In this document: positions 13,505 to 25,087 of the stretch, piece after piece
Layout of the letters: every line of letters starts with the position of its first letter
Numbering within the stretch: the first letter of the stretch is position 1
NCBI RefSeq assembly: GCF_000143415.4
Contig: NW_003314271.1
Coordinates: 2,671,729-2,735,728, forward strand
DNA from: Selaginella moellendorffii
Taxonomy: Eukaryota; Plantae; Lycopodiophyta
Direction: 5' to 3'
Length of the DNA stretch: 64,000 nucleotides
Translations under genes and position numbers: made by a program
Notes under the pieces: generated by a model
Database searches by the model: none
Told to the model about the DNA's origin: nothing
What the model saw: only the letters and a program-made list of their open reading frames with translations

Positions 13505-15231
13505 CTATTTTGTATGTCGTGTGCAGAACGCCTCGAGTCTATCCCAACTTTCATCCAGAATAGTCTCAGGAGCAGCAAACAAGAGGCGGATCCAACCAGG
13601 AAAACCGAAAGCAGAACCTGGACGCAAGTAAATCATTAAGCATACACGCTATATCTTATTGAAGCCACTGTACCTGGTAATACCCCGAGTGCTTCCTCCT
13701 TCGCGAGAGCCACCGCAAACTCCTTATCGTCTCTGAGGTCTTTGAACTTGTCTGAATCGATTCTAATCTGCATGGAACGTTTTGAAAAACAGACTCCGGA
13801 GAGAAAGCGTTTACCATGATATACATAGAGCCTCGAGGCTTTGAAGGACAGGACAGTCCCGGGGTCTTCTGAGCTCTCTCGTAGCAAAGATCGGCTCTTG
13901 TGCTGAGTGTATCCAAAGTTTGACTGAAAAAGTCTTGTGGAGTATTTTGCAATATCTTCGGCAGCGCGGCCTGTTGAGACGTAAAGTAAGTAGCATTTTT
14001 CTAAACTTGTTTTCTGCGCTGTTACCTGAATCGGTGTACACGTTGACAGATGCATCTGTGCGAGATTTGTGAAGGCGTCCAGCACCTGGGAAGATCATAA
14101 TGGAGATTTCAGCAACCGAAAGGAAAGTTATATCGAACGACCTTTGCTTCCTTGAGGACACAGTCGGGATCACACACCGAAAGCCAGCCGAGCCTCCAGC
14201 CAGGGACGAACCAACGCTTGGAAATCCCCCCGACTGTCAACACAGGAACGTGAGACGCGAAGGCTCCCATCGGAACAAACTTTGATCCTTCGAAGGCCAT
14301 ATGAGCGTAGATCTCGTCAGCGATTATCGGCACTCGAAGCTTCCCCGCGAGCTTGGCAACCTGGACAGCGGGTGAGAAGGTGAAAAGGTGAAAAGCTCTC
14401 TCGAGTCAATACAGGCAGCGGAAGAACACACGAGAGCGAGACGCGAGGACTTTTTCACACCTGCGTCAGATGATGCGGGGTGTAGACAGATCCGCAGGGG
14501 TTCCCGGGATTGCAGAGGACTATCGCAGCAGTATCCGGATCCACCAGCCTCTCAACGCCTCGAAGATCAACCTCCCAGTCGCTGTTTGGAAGCAGATCAT
14601 ACTCGCGAACTTCAACGCCGAAGAAGTTGCAAAAGGACTGATACAGCGGGAATCCAGGCCGTGGGAGCAACATGTTGGACGGCTTTTCGCTGTTGGCCAG
14701 CGCCCCGATGCAAAACTGGATCGCCTGCGAGCACCCGGCCGTCATGAAGATGTCATCGGCTGACAACGAGTACGGTAGATCCTTGGAAAGGAACTCGGCC
14801 ACGGCGCTGGAAGAAAAGCTTACAGAATCACAAAAAAGGTATGACTTTGAAGTTCTAGTTGCTATCTCGTCGATCTAACAGTGCTCTTTTTCTTCTTTTT
14901 TTTTAATCTGTCTTTACCTGCGGCAGTCGTAGATTCCAGCTGCTTGGCTGTAGCCATTGTAGTGGAAGCCGGAGATGGCGTCCGTGAGCGCCTGGACGGC
15001 TACCTGGGGAGCTTTGATCTCGCCGAAAGCGCAGGGGTCGCCGAGAGTGAGCGAAATTGGCTTCTTTCCTCGCCCCTGGACCGTCGGCATGGATTCCATC
15101 GCTCTCCGGATTGGATTGAGGCTCCGCAATGCTGCCGGATTCGCTCCAATCGCCCACCGCTTTGGATCCACAGCCGATTCATGCGGACTGTGAGTGGCAA
15201 TCTCGCAGCGAAGCGCGAGCAAGCACGGCAT
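13505..15231 (-). CDS. TAT: Tyrosine aminotransferase / nicotianamine aminotransferase family (multi-exon)
   Basis: ISLTLGDP, NGYSQAAG, TAGCSQAI, NPGNPCGSVY, IIADEIY and the PLP-lysine motif GGISKRWFVPGWRLGW; last exon ends LEAFCTRHTK*. Confidence 0.92.
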
Positions 15232-15721
15232 TTTTTCTCTTTCCTCTCCGCTCGATCTCCTTTAGCGCTCCCGATTTCCTTCAGCGCTACCTTTAAAAAG
15301 GGGAAGATTCCGGGATATTCTCACCGTAGGAAAACACGTGGGAGAGAAAAAAACAAACGAGAAGTTCTCAAATCAAATCAATAGCGAAGAGGAGAGTGAG
15401 GTTTCCTTTTTATTGAGAGATGGAAAAGGATGATCTTCCGGGCATTGTCAATTGTGTACATGGAACCTTCTCTCTAGATCACACTAACACTGAGAAGAAG
15501 AAAACAATTAGCAAAAACAGGGTCTTTGTTTTTTTTTTTTTTTCCCTCTTTCCTGTGAGTGATCCATGGAAGCTACAACGCCCGCCCAGACCTCGCTCGC
15601 TATGATCCTATGCTGCTGCTGTGTAGAAGTCACCATAATTTACAAAGCTCTCCCCCGAGAACAAGAGAAGATGAGAAAGCTTCCCTTTTTATGATCCTAG
15701 AGGGGGATTTGGGAGATTCTT

Positions 15722-16096
15722 TCATCCAGAGGCCGCGAACGTCCGCTGGAGCCCCAGCGGCGATGGCATGAGCACCGGCCGGATCAATTCCTCGTGCTGC
15801 TGCTGCGCTGCCGCGGCCGTGGCCGCCGAGAATTCCTTGAGGATTTGGCTGAGCGCCAGCCTCTCCACACCCTCTGTTTCCACCTCCTCGCTCATGTACC
15901 TCTCCTCGATCCGGAGCTTGGCGACCTGGCCGTGGAGCAAGATCGTCTCGCTGCTGCCCGAGCTCCACTGCTGCAAATTCGACACCGGCAGCCTCCGGAT
16001 TGGCGAAGAGCCGGTCCCCCTGGACGATGAATTGGCTTGCCTGGCGGTGGAATCCGCGCCCTTGTCGCCCGCCGAGGAGAAAGAGGGATTGCCCAT
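15722..16096 (-). CDS. Hypothetical 124-aa protein (orphan)
   Basis: GC-rich ORF from ATG 16096 (MGNPSFSS...QRTFAASG*) flanked by UTR-like sequence; no family recognised. Confidence 0.45.
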   Translation of the reverse strand: MGNPSFSSAGDKGADSTARQANSSSRGTGSSPIRRLPVSNLQQWSSGSSETILLHGQVAKLRIEERYMSEEVETEGVERLALSQILKEFSAATAAAAQQQHEELIRPVLMPSPLGLQRTFAASG

Positions 16097-17543
16097 GCCG
16101 AGAAATCGATCGGGCTGAGAGCCCAGATGGGAGGAATCCGCCGCCAATTGGCGACCCAGATAAGAGGAAAGGAGGATCTCCTCACGAGGAAGTGGGCAAT
16201 TGGGCTATATCTTTCTTTCTTCTTTGCTTTCTTTCTATCACCTAATCAAGAACCAAGAACAGGGGCGTAGAGTGGAAGATGCGCACACCGCAAGCGAATA
16301 TATGCGGTGGATCGATCGATCAATCGGCGAAGAAAAGCAAAATTGCGATCGGCAATCGAGTGATGCGATGCTTGGGCCAGCCAGCGACCGAGAGAGTGAG
16401 AGGAAGACGGGCTTTAAACGCCTTGGCCACTTTCCCTGTTTCACCAGGCACTGGAATCGCGTGTTGTGTGTCGCGACATTCCGTTGTCGAGATCAACGGC
16501 CCCAGTTGGTTTGAAATTCCGTGGAGGGAATGTAGGGCCGTGTTTGAACGGCACAGATCTGCCGTTGGGTGGTCGGAAGACTTGGGTTTCGTGTGGCCAG
16601 ATACCAATGCACACGTGGGCGTGTAGCAATGCGCCACGTTTTTGTCCTGCATGAAATTTCTAGAAAAAAAGTATTTCCAAGTGTGAAAGATCTAACGGAA
16701 CTATCTATCAGTTATTTCTCATCGTGTGGCTGTCAATAAAAGTTCGCATTTGGGAGTTAACTGGCGGCTAGCATGGAGCACACGTTTTTTCCCTCCATGT
16801 ATTAGTTTACACTAACGATGCAAGATTATCCTACGCAAATCTTAAGAAAACATTGACTTTGGAAGAAGTCCACTTTGAGAGGCCATGGACGCGAAAACGC
16901 GATTTTGTAGAAAAATAAATTCTAGACAAAGTAAACAATGGAGAGCGGATCCTATGATCAGTGGCACCACCAGTGTTTCGATCCAATCCAAACGAATCCA
17001 GTGTTTAGATTATCATCATCGTCAGGAAAACGATTTACAGTACGCGTGAGTCGAAAGGAAGCATCGTCTAGTTTGTGTGTGGAAGATTCTTTGGACGCCG
17101 CTTGTCCTTGTTGACGCGAGCGAGAAAAAATCTTCCACTCTAACGAGCTGGCGAATTAAGACAAGAATCACTAACCTCTACGCAAACTCCCAGTCAGATC
17201 TTAGATTCTTCCCTGGAGGGTTGCAAATCAAGACAAGGATCAGTGATTTCCAAGCGTCGGCACCAAAAAGAGCCTGGATCTTGGCGGTGCTTGAAGTTCT
17301 CATCAATGAGTCGCGGAAGAACACAAGAACTTCAGGAAAATAAAGAAAAGAAAAAACAAAGAGTAGTGTCCACTCGACACTTGGAAGCGAAGATCACCGT
17401 CCAAGTTATCCATTATGGACAAGCAGGGTCCCATACTCAAGAACACTGTTGTACTAGTGAGTGACAAGATCATAACACTCCGATTTTGTTGGCAAAACTT
17501 TTGGAGGATTGATGACATATCTAGATCGCGATGGTCACTCATA

Positions 17544-19382
17544 CTAGATCATCAAAACCACCAGCAACAGCAGCAGTGAGACGAGAGATAGAGATCCAAA
17601 CCGGATTTGCGAGAAAGTTCCTGCGGCAGCCGCGGTAGAAGGCCCTGGAGCGAAGGCCGAGTTGCCGCTGGCAGGGATGGTGACGCCGGGAGTTGTAAGG
17701 CCTGAGGATCCGGGAGCCGCAGCTGGCGGAAGAGCAAGCGAGCCAGCGGCGGATTTATAGCTTGGGGGAGGTGGTGGAGCTGTAAAGTTCCAGCTTTAAA
17801 TGCAAAGATCCAACCAAGAAAAAAGTCATGAAAAACGTCGTAGTACCTGGACATGAGTTTAGATTTACCGATTGTAAGCTGTGATTCACACAGAAAAATG
17901 AGTTTTTGATCGAGTTTTGCGTGAAAGGTCTTGAGTACCTGGAGAGGATGATTTTTTTCTTGAAGCCGGTGTAGAGACAGGACGTAACGTTGCACCCTTG
18001 GACGGATGCCGCGGTGGCCATGGCCCCGACGGTGAGGTTCGTTCCCAGGCATCTCATGTCCGGGCAGGATCCACTGATGACTCCCGGGGCTGGCGTGCAA
18101 TACACTCTGCGGAGGAAGTATCATTAGCGATCATCGAAAAGTTTGAAAGTGATCGAGAAAGGAGGCGCAAGAAATTTGCTAGATGCAACTGAAAGAAAAA
18201 GAGAAACTAATGATATGAGATGAAATGATCAATGAAGTTTGCTAGCTAGTAATCTTTAGAAAAATTGGAAGTGATCGAAAACGAAAGCGAGAAAGCTTTG
18301 CAGCCGATGCAATGAAAACTTGGGAGAAGCACGCGCATATGATATACGATGCATGAAGGAAAAAAAAGGTCTGTGAAGACGATGGCTACGAATATTTGCT
18401 CGATGCATAGAAGAAAAGAGCGAGAAAAATATTTCTAGGAACTGTGAAGAAAAAGCAAAAGTTTTGAATGCGCAAGAAAGCAAACAAAGATGGTGATCCG
18501 TGATCTTACTGCTGGAGATTCGGCAAGCAACTGCACTGGACGCAATGACCAGCCGTGATGATGTAGCTTCCATTCGCCACAACGAGGCCAAAATCGTAGG
18601 CGCTGCGACGGAAACTCGATCCACAAGCTAATCCAACGCACGATCAATAAAAAAAACCATGGAAGGAAGCTATAAGAACACGACGAACACGAAGAAGAGC
18701 AAACGTTACCTCGGATAGGAACCGCAACCACGTCCCCGGCCGCGAGCTCCGACGCATTGGCGACGCCATTGAGCGCCATGAAATCGCCCGGTAACGATCC
18801 ATACTCCCGGGCAAGCTCGCCAACCGTGTCGCCGCCTTGCACCACGTAAGACATGAGCAGCGCGGTGCCACCGCCGGCAAGAGAGTCGCCGCATCCACAC
18901 GAGAATGGTATCACCAGCGTCGACCCGGCCGCAACCGCGCCACCAAAGTTCGCGGCGATGCCATTCGCTTGCGCAATCTGCTTGGCGGTGACGAGCTTCC
19001 CAAAGAGAGCGTCGGCGATGGAGGCGAGCGTGTCGCCGGGGCGGGACTTGTAGAGGGTGGCATTGCCGCGCCAGATGCCATCGACGCAGGAGCAGGAGAT
19101 CGGGACCTTGACGATCCGGCGCGGCGCGATGACGAGCTGGGGAGAGCCCGGGTCGAGCGAGGATCGCAAGTCGAGGTTGTTTGCGGCAAGGAGGGAGACG
19201 GTGTCGATGTTGAAGAGCGCGGCGATGGCGCCCAGGCTCTGCGCCGCCGGGGTCCTGTAGGCCACCAGCGAGGAGCACTGCGACGCGGAGTTGCAAGACT
19301 GAATGAAGGACTTGGCGGCGGCGATGGCGAGCATGGAAGCCAGAAGGAGCACCGTTCTCTGGTGGCGATCGAGTGACCCCAT
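17544..19382 (-). CDS. LysM-domain GPI-anchored protein (LYM1/CEBiP-like), multi-exon
   Basis: Signal peptide; LysM repeats separated by CxC (YKSRPGDTLASIA, YVVQGGDTVGELA); Cys-rich region (ITAGHCVQCSC, GCNVTSCLYTG); Pro/Ala/Ser stalk; hydrophobic GPI signal ...SLVSLLLLLVVLMI*. Confidence 0.92.
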
Positions 19383-19605
19383 TGCTCTGTTCTTTGCAGT
19401 GATCGTGATCCTGGGTGTTGCCCAAATGCTGGGCAAGGGAGCGCGAGCTTTTGGAATCGCTGGGCTTCTTACCTCGGAAAACTTGGGAGTGCGATCGATT
19501 GATGGGAATGCCGGTGGATTGAAAACCTTGGTCGCTATTGGATAAAAATGGACGGACGGATTTTTCCTCCGAGTAAAAGTAAAGTACCTGGTTAGGGTTC
19601 ATGGA

Positions 19606-20104
19606 NNNNNNNNNNNNNNNNNNNNNNNNNNNNNNNNNNNNNNNNNNNNNNNNNNNNNNNNNNNNNNNNNNNNNNNNNNNNNNNNNNNNNNNNNNNNNNN
19701 NNNNNNNNNNNNNNNNNNNNNNNNNNNNNNNNNNNNNNNNNNNNNNNNNNNNNNNNNNNNNNNNNNNNNNNNNNNNNNNNNNNNNNNNNNNNNNNNNNNN
19801 NNNNNNNNNNNNNNNNNNNNNNNNNNNNNNNNNNNNNNNNNNNNNNNNNNNNNNNNNNNNNNNNNNNNNNNNNNNNNNNNNNNNNNNNNNNNNNNNNNNN
19901 NNNNNNNNNNNNNNNNNNNNNNNNNNNNNNNNNNNNNNNNNNNNNNNNNNNNNNNNNNNNNNNNNNNNNNNNNNNNNNNNNNNNNNNNNNNNNNNNNNNN
20001 NNNNNNNNNNNNNNNNNNNNNNNNNNNNNNNNNNNNNNNNNNNNNNNNNNNNNNNNNNNNNNNNNNNNNNNNNNNNNNNNNNNNNNNNNNNNNNNNNNNN
20101 NNNN
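19606..20104. other. Assembly gap (N run)
   Basis: 499 consecutive N. Confidence 1.
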
Positions 20105-20409
20105 CATAAAAGTAGACCAATAAAATGGGAGTAAAAAACAATTTGTCTAATGTCATACCTTCTATTAAGCTCAAAAATATGCCCAAATCATAAATTATAA
20201 CATGTTAATATATCATTTAAAAATAAATAAATAAAATTTAGATACTTAAAAACACAAAATAAAGTTTTTTAAAACTTTTTTAACTTTATTACATTCTGAT
20301 CTCAATTACACATTAATCTCCTTTAGAGAAAGAGCAAATGAGCAAATACATGAAAAAATGCCTAATTTAGAAGTTATTTGCAAGTCATTTAGTTCTTGGG
20401 TTATAGAGG

Positions 20410-20860
20410 TATATCTTATTCCTAAACTAGATGGGATGAAACATTTTATAATTGACTATTGTCCTTTAAACTATGATTACTTATATTTTTACTTTAGGTT
20501 GATAATTTGATGGATATTCTAAAGCACAATCATTATTTCACCATCTTGGACCTGGCATTAGGGTATTGGCAAATATTAATATAGCAAAGACAATTTTTCA
20601 AACTCTAATGGGTTTATATGAATTCACCATTTGATCATTGCCCTTTGCGTTTGCTATATTTCAGCATATGATGACTGAAATATTAAAAGGTTTTCAAGAT
20701 TTTTCATAAATATATTTAAACATTTTGTTAATCCACAGTGATGACATGTGTTTATGATATGTCAAATGTGCTCCAATAACTTTAGAAACACTTTTTCAAA
20801 CTCAAACATCTAAAATATAACTTTCAGGAGAATTTTTTTATGTATTTAGGGTCTGTGATT
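20410..20860 (+). mobile_element. Highly decayed gypsy reverse transcriptase fragment
   Basis: Remnants IPKLDG..IDY..LN, FTILDLALGYWQI and GLYEF; strongly AT-shifted. Confidence 0.65.
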
Positions 20861-21039
20861 TTGTGAGTAGTTAAATCTTGAAAAGTGTGGCTTTAGCATA
20901 TGTGGTTTTCATTCTTTATTCTATATTGATTTACTATAAGATAACCATGAAACAAAACTTAAACCCTTCATGTGCCATGTGTTATATGCTATATGCCACA
21001 TGCCATGTGTCAAAGGACAGTGGTGCAAAAGCCAAATTT

Positions 21040-21444
21040 TAGAGCCTTAGGCCACTGAATAAAGGAAAGGGATAGGAACCTAGAGTAATGTTGAATTAAT
21101 CTTAGAGCTTTCAACATCCTAATGCTAGAACTAACACGCAAAACAGAGCCAAATGGAGTTTAATGCTATTTCAATATACTGGTGGCCTAACATGAGGATA
21201 TGAGTATTCCACCAGTTAACATGGTGTGGAATTTAAGCTTAGACCCAAACCAAATGTAGAACAAACACAAACACAAAAACAAAAGTTAAATTATATTTCA
21301 AGTTGGTCAACCATATTCAATCTACCCACTATCTCTACTCTATATTTAGAACCCCCCACAAGCTCCCCCCCCTGTTGAGGAACGCATGCTTTAGGATTTC
21401 ACCCTTAGCCACTCTAAGTACCAAGAGTTAGTTTTTGGGATTAA
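21040..21444 (+). repeat. Older copy of repeat family X, left half (split by the chromovirus insertion)
   Basis: Aligns by eye to about 27180-27575; the same copy continues at 37114. Confidence 0.75.
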
Positions 21445-21803
21445 TGTCAAGACCCCAACAAGATCAAGACTGGAAAATGTAGAAGACAAAGAAAAAAGCT
21501 AGTGGAACCGAAGAAAAAGCCTTAGATTGATATTGATTCAGATTGTGGAGAAATGAAACAGGCCTAACTTATATATACTAAAGGTTGATGAAGTTCCACC
21601 ACTCTTGGATCGAGGATGGCCTAAATATAACTGAGGTCAAGGAGGTGCCATGTCATCATCAAGAATGTGGTTCGAGACTCAGGAATCATATGGGAAATCG
21701 AGAGTCAGGAAAAGGGAAATGTCTCGAGAGTCAAGAATATAGTCTGTGGGTCAAGAATCTGGCGAGAGTTAGGAATGTGGCAAGAATTGGGGGATTCCTG
21801 ACA
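21445..21803 (-). repeat. 3' LTR of the chromovirus
   Basis: TGTCA...TGACA termini; adjacent minus-strand PPT tgaggagggggtg. Confidence 0.9.
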
Positions 21804-21899
21804 GCACCCCCTCCTCAATAACGAGTAGAACAAGGACGTGAATGAGAACAAAGAGGAGGATAAGATAGGTGGCAAGGGACGGGAGAGGGAGAATAAAAA

Positions 21900-24800
21900 G
21901 AATGAGGACTGGGATGAGAAGGATAATGGTGGTGGAAGTCCTGAACAAGGTCAGGAGAATGAATCAAGTTGTCCGCAGGTTCCCAAGTGCGTTCCTCAGG
22001 TTAGTAACCCTTCCAATCTACCAGATAGTAGAGTTTAGACTGTGAGATCTTGGAATCAAGGATGTCCTGAACCTCGTACTCAGACCCATCCTCGACCTGC
22101 ACTGGTGGAGGTGGAGGAATGACCCGATTTAGAATAAGACTGAGAATATAAAGCTTAAGGAGAGAGGAGTGAAAAACGAGGTGAATTTGATATGAGGAGG
22201 GAAGTGCAAAGTAATAAATGACAGGATTAATGATGGCAGTGATAGGGAAAGGACCGAGGCATTTAAAATTGAGTTTGGGACATGGCCTGGTGGTGGAGAT
22301 ATTTCGCCTGAGGAGCCAAACTTTATCCCCGATATTGTAAGGGGGACAATCCTGACGATGGACATTAGCAAATGTTTTGTGAGATTCCTGAGCACAATGG
22401 AGGTGGAAGGAGATGGAGTTGTGGATTTCCTGGAGGTTGAAGACAAATGCCTCAAAGCGGGGATTTGAACAAGAGGATTCGGATGGAGAAGGAAGTGAGA
22501 GATTGAATTGAGGATTTTGGCCAGAGTTTGCAAAGGGGGAAACTCGAAAGGAGGAGTGAACAGAGTTGTTATAGGAGAACTCAGTAAGGGAAAGGATATC
22601 AAACCAGTCATCCTAATGATAGTTGATGAAGCACCTTAGGAATTGTTCCAACATCTAAATCGTTTGCTCGAACTGTCCATTAGTTTGAGGATGATATGCT
22701 GAAGAGAGGTTGATCTTCACTCCAAGCAACTACAAGAACCATTTCCAGAAATGAGAGATAAACTGAGGTCTCTAATCCGAAACCACATCTATAGGAATCC
22801 CATGAAATCGGAAAATTTCCCTGAATACCAGTTTTGCTATGTCCTCGCCCAAAACTCCTTGGTATACAGCAGGAAGTGCACCATCTTTGTGGAGCGATCC
22901 ACCACAATTAAAATGCTGTTGAAGCCTCCAGAACTCAAAAGATCACTCAAGAAATCCATGGAGATGGATTTACAAGGACCTAAAGGGATTGGGAGGGAAT
23001 GAAGCAAACCTGAAGGAAGGTGGCAAGGTATTTTATTTTGGGCGCAAGTGTCACAAGAGGCAACAAAAGCTTTGTTGTAGTCATCCATGTGGGGCCACCA
23101 AAAGTCCCGTGCAACCAGCTCATAGGTTTTCAAAATGCCGAAGTGACCAGTAGTCGGGCTATCGTGGCACACCAGCAAGACCAACCTTTGAGCATCACCT
23201 TCAAGAATGTAAAGCTATTCCCTACGGTACAACAAGCCATCTAAGAACTCGAACTCATTAAATTGCTAGCAGTCAGGAATCATTGGGTGTCCAGCCTGAA
23301 GATGGGGGAAAATGTCGTTGGTGAGGTCGTTGGATTGAAGATTTTTTTTTATTGCCTCTATCAAGGAGGAGTCCTGAGGGGCCAGGAAATTGCCATATTG
23401 TGAAGCCGATCAAGACCGAGGATAATCTGATCCTGTTGATCGAAGGCAAGATTACCAAGCCTGAGACTAAGATAAGAGTGCCTTGAAAGAGCATCAGGAA
23501 GGCCCTGAAGCTTTCCAAGTCTGTACTTGATAACAAAGTCAAACCGATTCAGGAATTGTGCCCACCTTGCCTGACGACGGCTCAAAACTCGGGAAGTGGC
23601 AAAATATTCGAGACTTTTGTGATCTATCCAGACTGTTGTTTGATGGCTTGCCCCCTCCAAGAAATGATGCCACTCTCCAAAGGAATCCACAATGGCAAGA
23701 AGCTCCTTGTCATGGATTTCGTAATTAGTCTCCACAGGCTAGAATTTCCGAGAATGGAAAGCGACCAGATGAAATTCCTGATCCGCACCAAGTTGAGACA
23801 GCACAGCACCGATGGCAAAGTTGGAGGCATCCGCCTCAATGAAGAAAGGTTGTGAGGGATCAACGTGGATCAAGACAGGAGCAGAACTGAAAGCCACCTT
23901 GAGTGTGTCGAAGGCCTACTAGGCAGCAGCAAACCAAGAGAAGGGAACATCCTTGCAAGTGAGATGCGTGAGAGGAAGGACAATGTTGGAGTAGTGAACA
24001 ATGAATTTGCAGTAGAAGTTGGCAAAGCCAAGGAAAACCTGAACGTCCGACATTGATTGTGGAGGCTCCCATTCGAGAATAGTCTTGACTTTGGTAGGAT
24101 CCATCATGATACCCTCATGAGTGACAATGTACCCAAGGAACTCCACAAACTCTTGATCAAAGGAACATTTCTCAAGCTTCGTGTATAGGCCATGTTCCTG
24201 CAGCTTCACCAGCAACTTGCGAACATGCTCGTCGTGCTCCTCCTGAATTTTTTAGTAGATGAGGATGTCGTCAAGGTAGACGATCACCATCTAATCTAGA
24301 AACTCCTGAAAGATGTTGTTCGCCATGTGTTGGAAAACTGCTGGAGTATTTGTCAAGCCAAACGACATGACAGTGTACTCGAAGTGGCCATAGTGGGTTT
24401 GGAATGTAGTCTTCCATTCATCGCCAGGCCGGATCTAGATCAGGTTGTATGCTCCACAGAGGTCGATCCTGGTGAAGAAGCGGGCACCACCAAGGCGTTC
24501 CAATAGGTCCGAGATCAGAGGCAGTGGATAATGGTTCCGAACAGTCACCTTGTTCAAGCCTTGGTATTCGATGACTAGCCGCAAACTCCCATCCTTCTTC
24601 TTGACAAAGAAGACAGGTGCTCCAACCGGGGACTACGAATGCTGAATGTACCCCGAGGCAAGGTTCTCGTCCATGTACTTTTTGAGGGCCTTAAGCTCGG
24701 ACAGGGATAACCCGTAGATAGGCCCCCACAAAGGTGACACTCCTTGTAAATCAATGGGACAGTCGTAAGGTCGATGAACAGGTAGTGCACTAGCTTTTTT

Positions 24801-25087
24801 CTTGTCAAACACATCCCCAAAATCATGATACTTCTTAGGAAGACTGACAGGAGAAACATATAAAGCAAAAAGGAAAACAAGTTCTTCGTGGAGTTCTTTC
24901 ATAGTGATTGTGGAGATAGGAGGAGGTGTACGACTGAATGGAATGATCAAATGGGGATACTGTAGTTTGCTCCCGCTAGGCTTGACCCGAGGGGTAGGGT
25001 GTCAAGAAAGCGGGGCTCTCGGGAGAGCTGTGGCTCTCAACTTCCGTTCACGAGGGCGTGAACTTGTAGTGAAGCGTGGTGGATTGT
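21900..25087 (-). pseudogene. Chromovirus pol: RT-RNaseH-integrase-chromodomain (disrupted)
   Basis: [55 protein letters not shown], and chromodomain [11 protein letters not shown]...[17 protein letters not shown]. Confidence 0.93.

Noticed and set aside
19592-20186. Poly-X ORFs
   Set aside because: Artefacts of the N gap.
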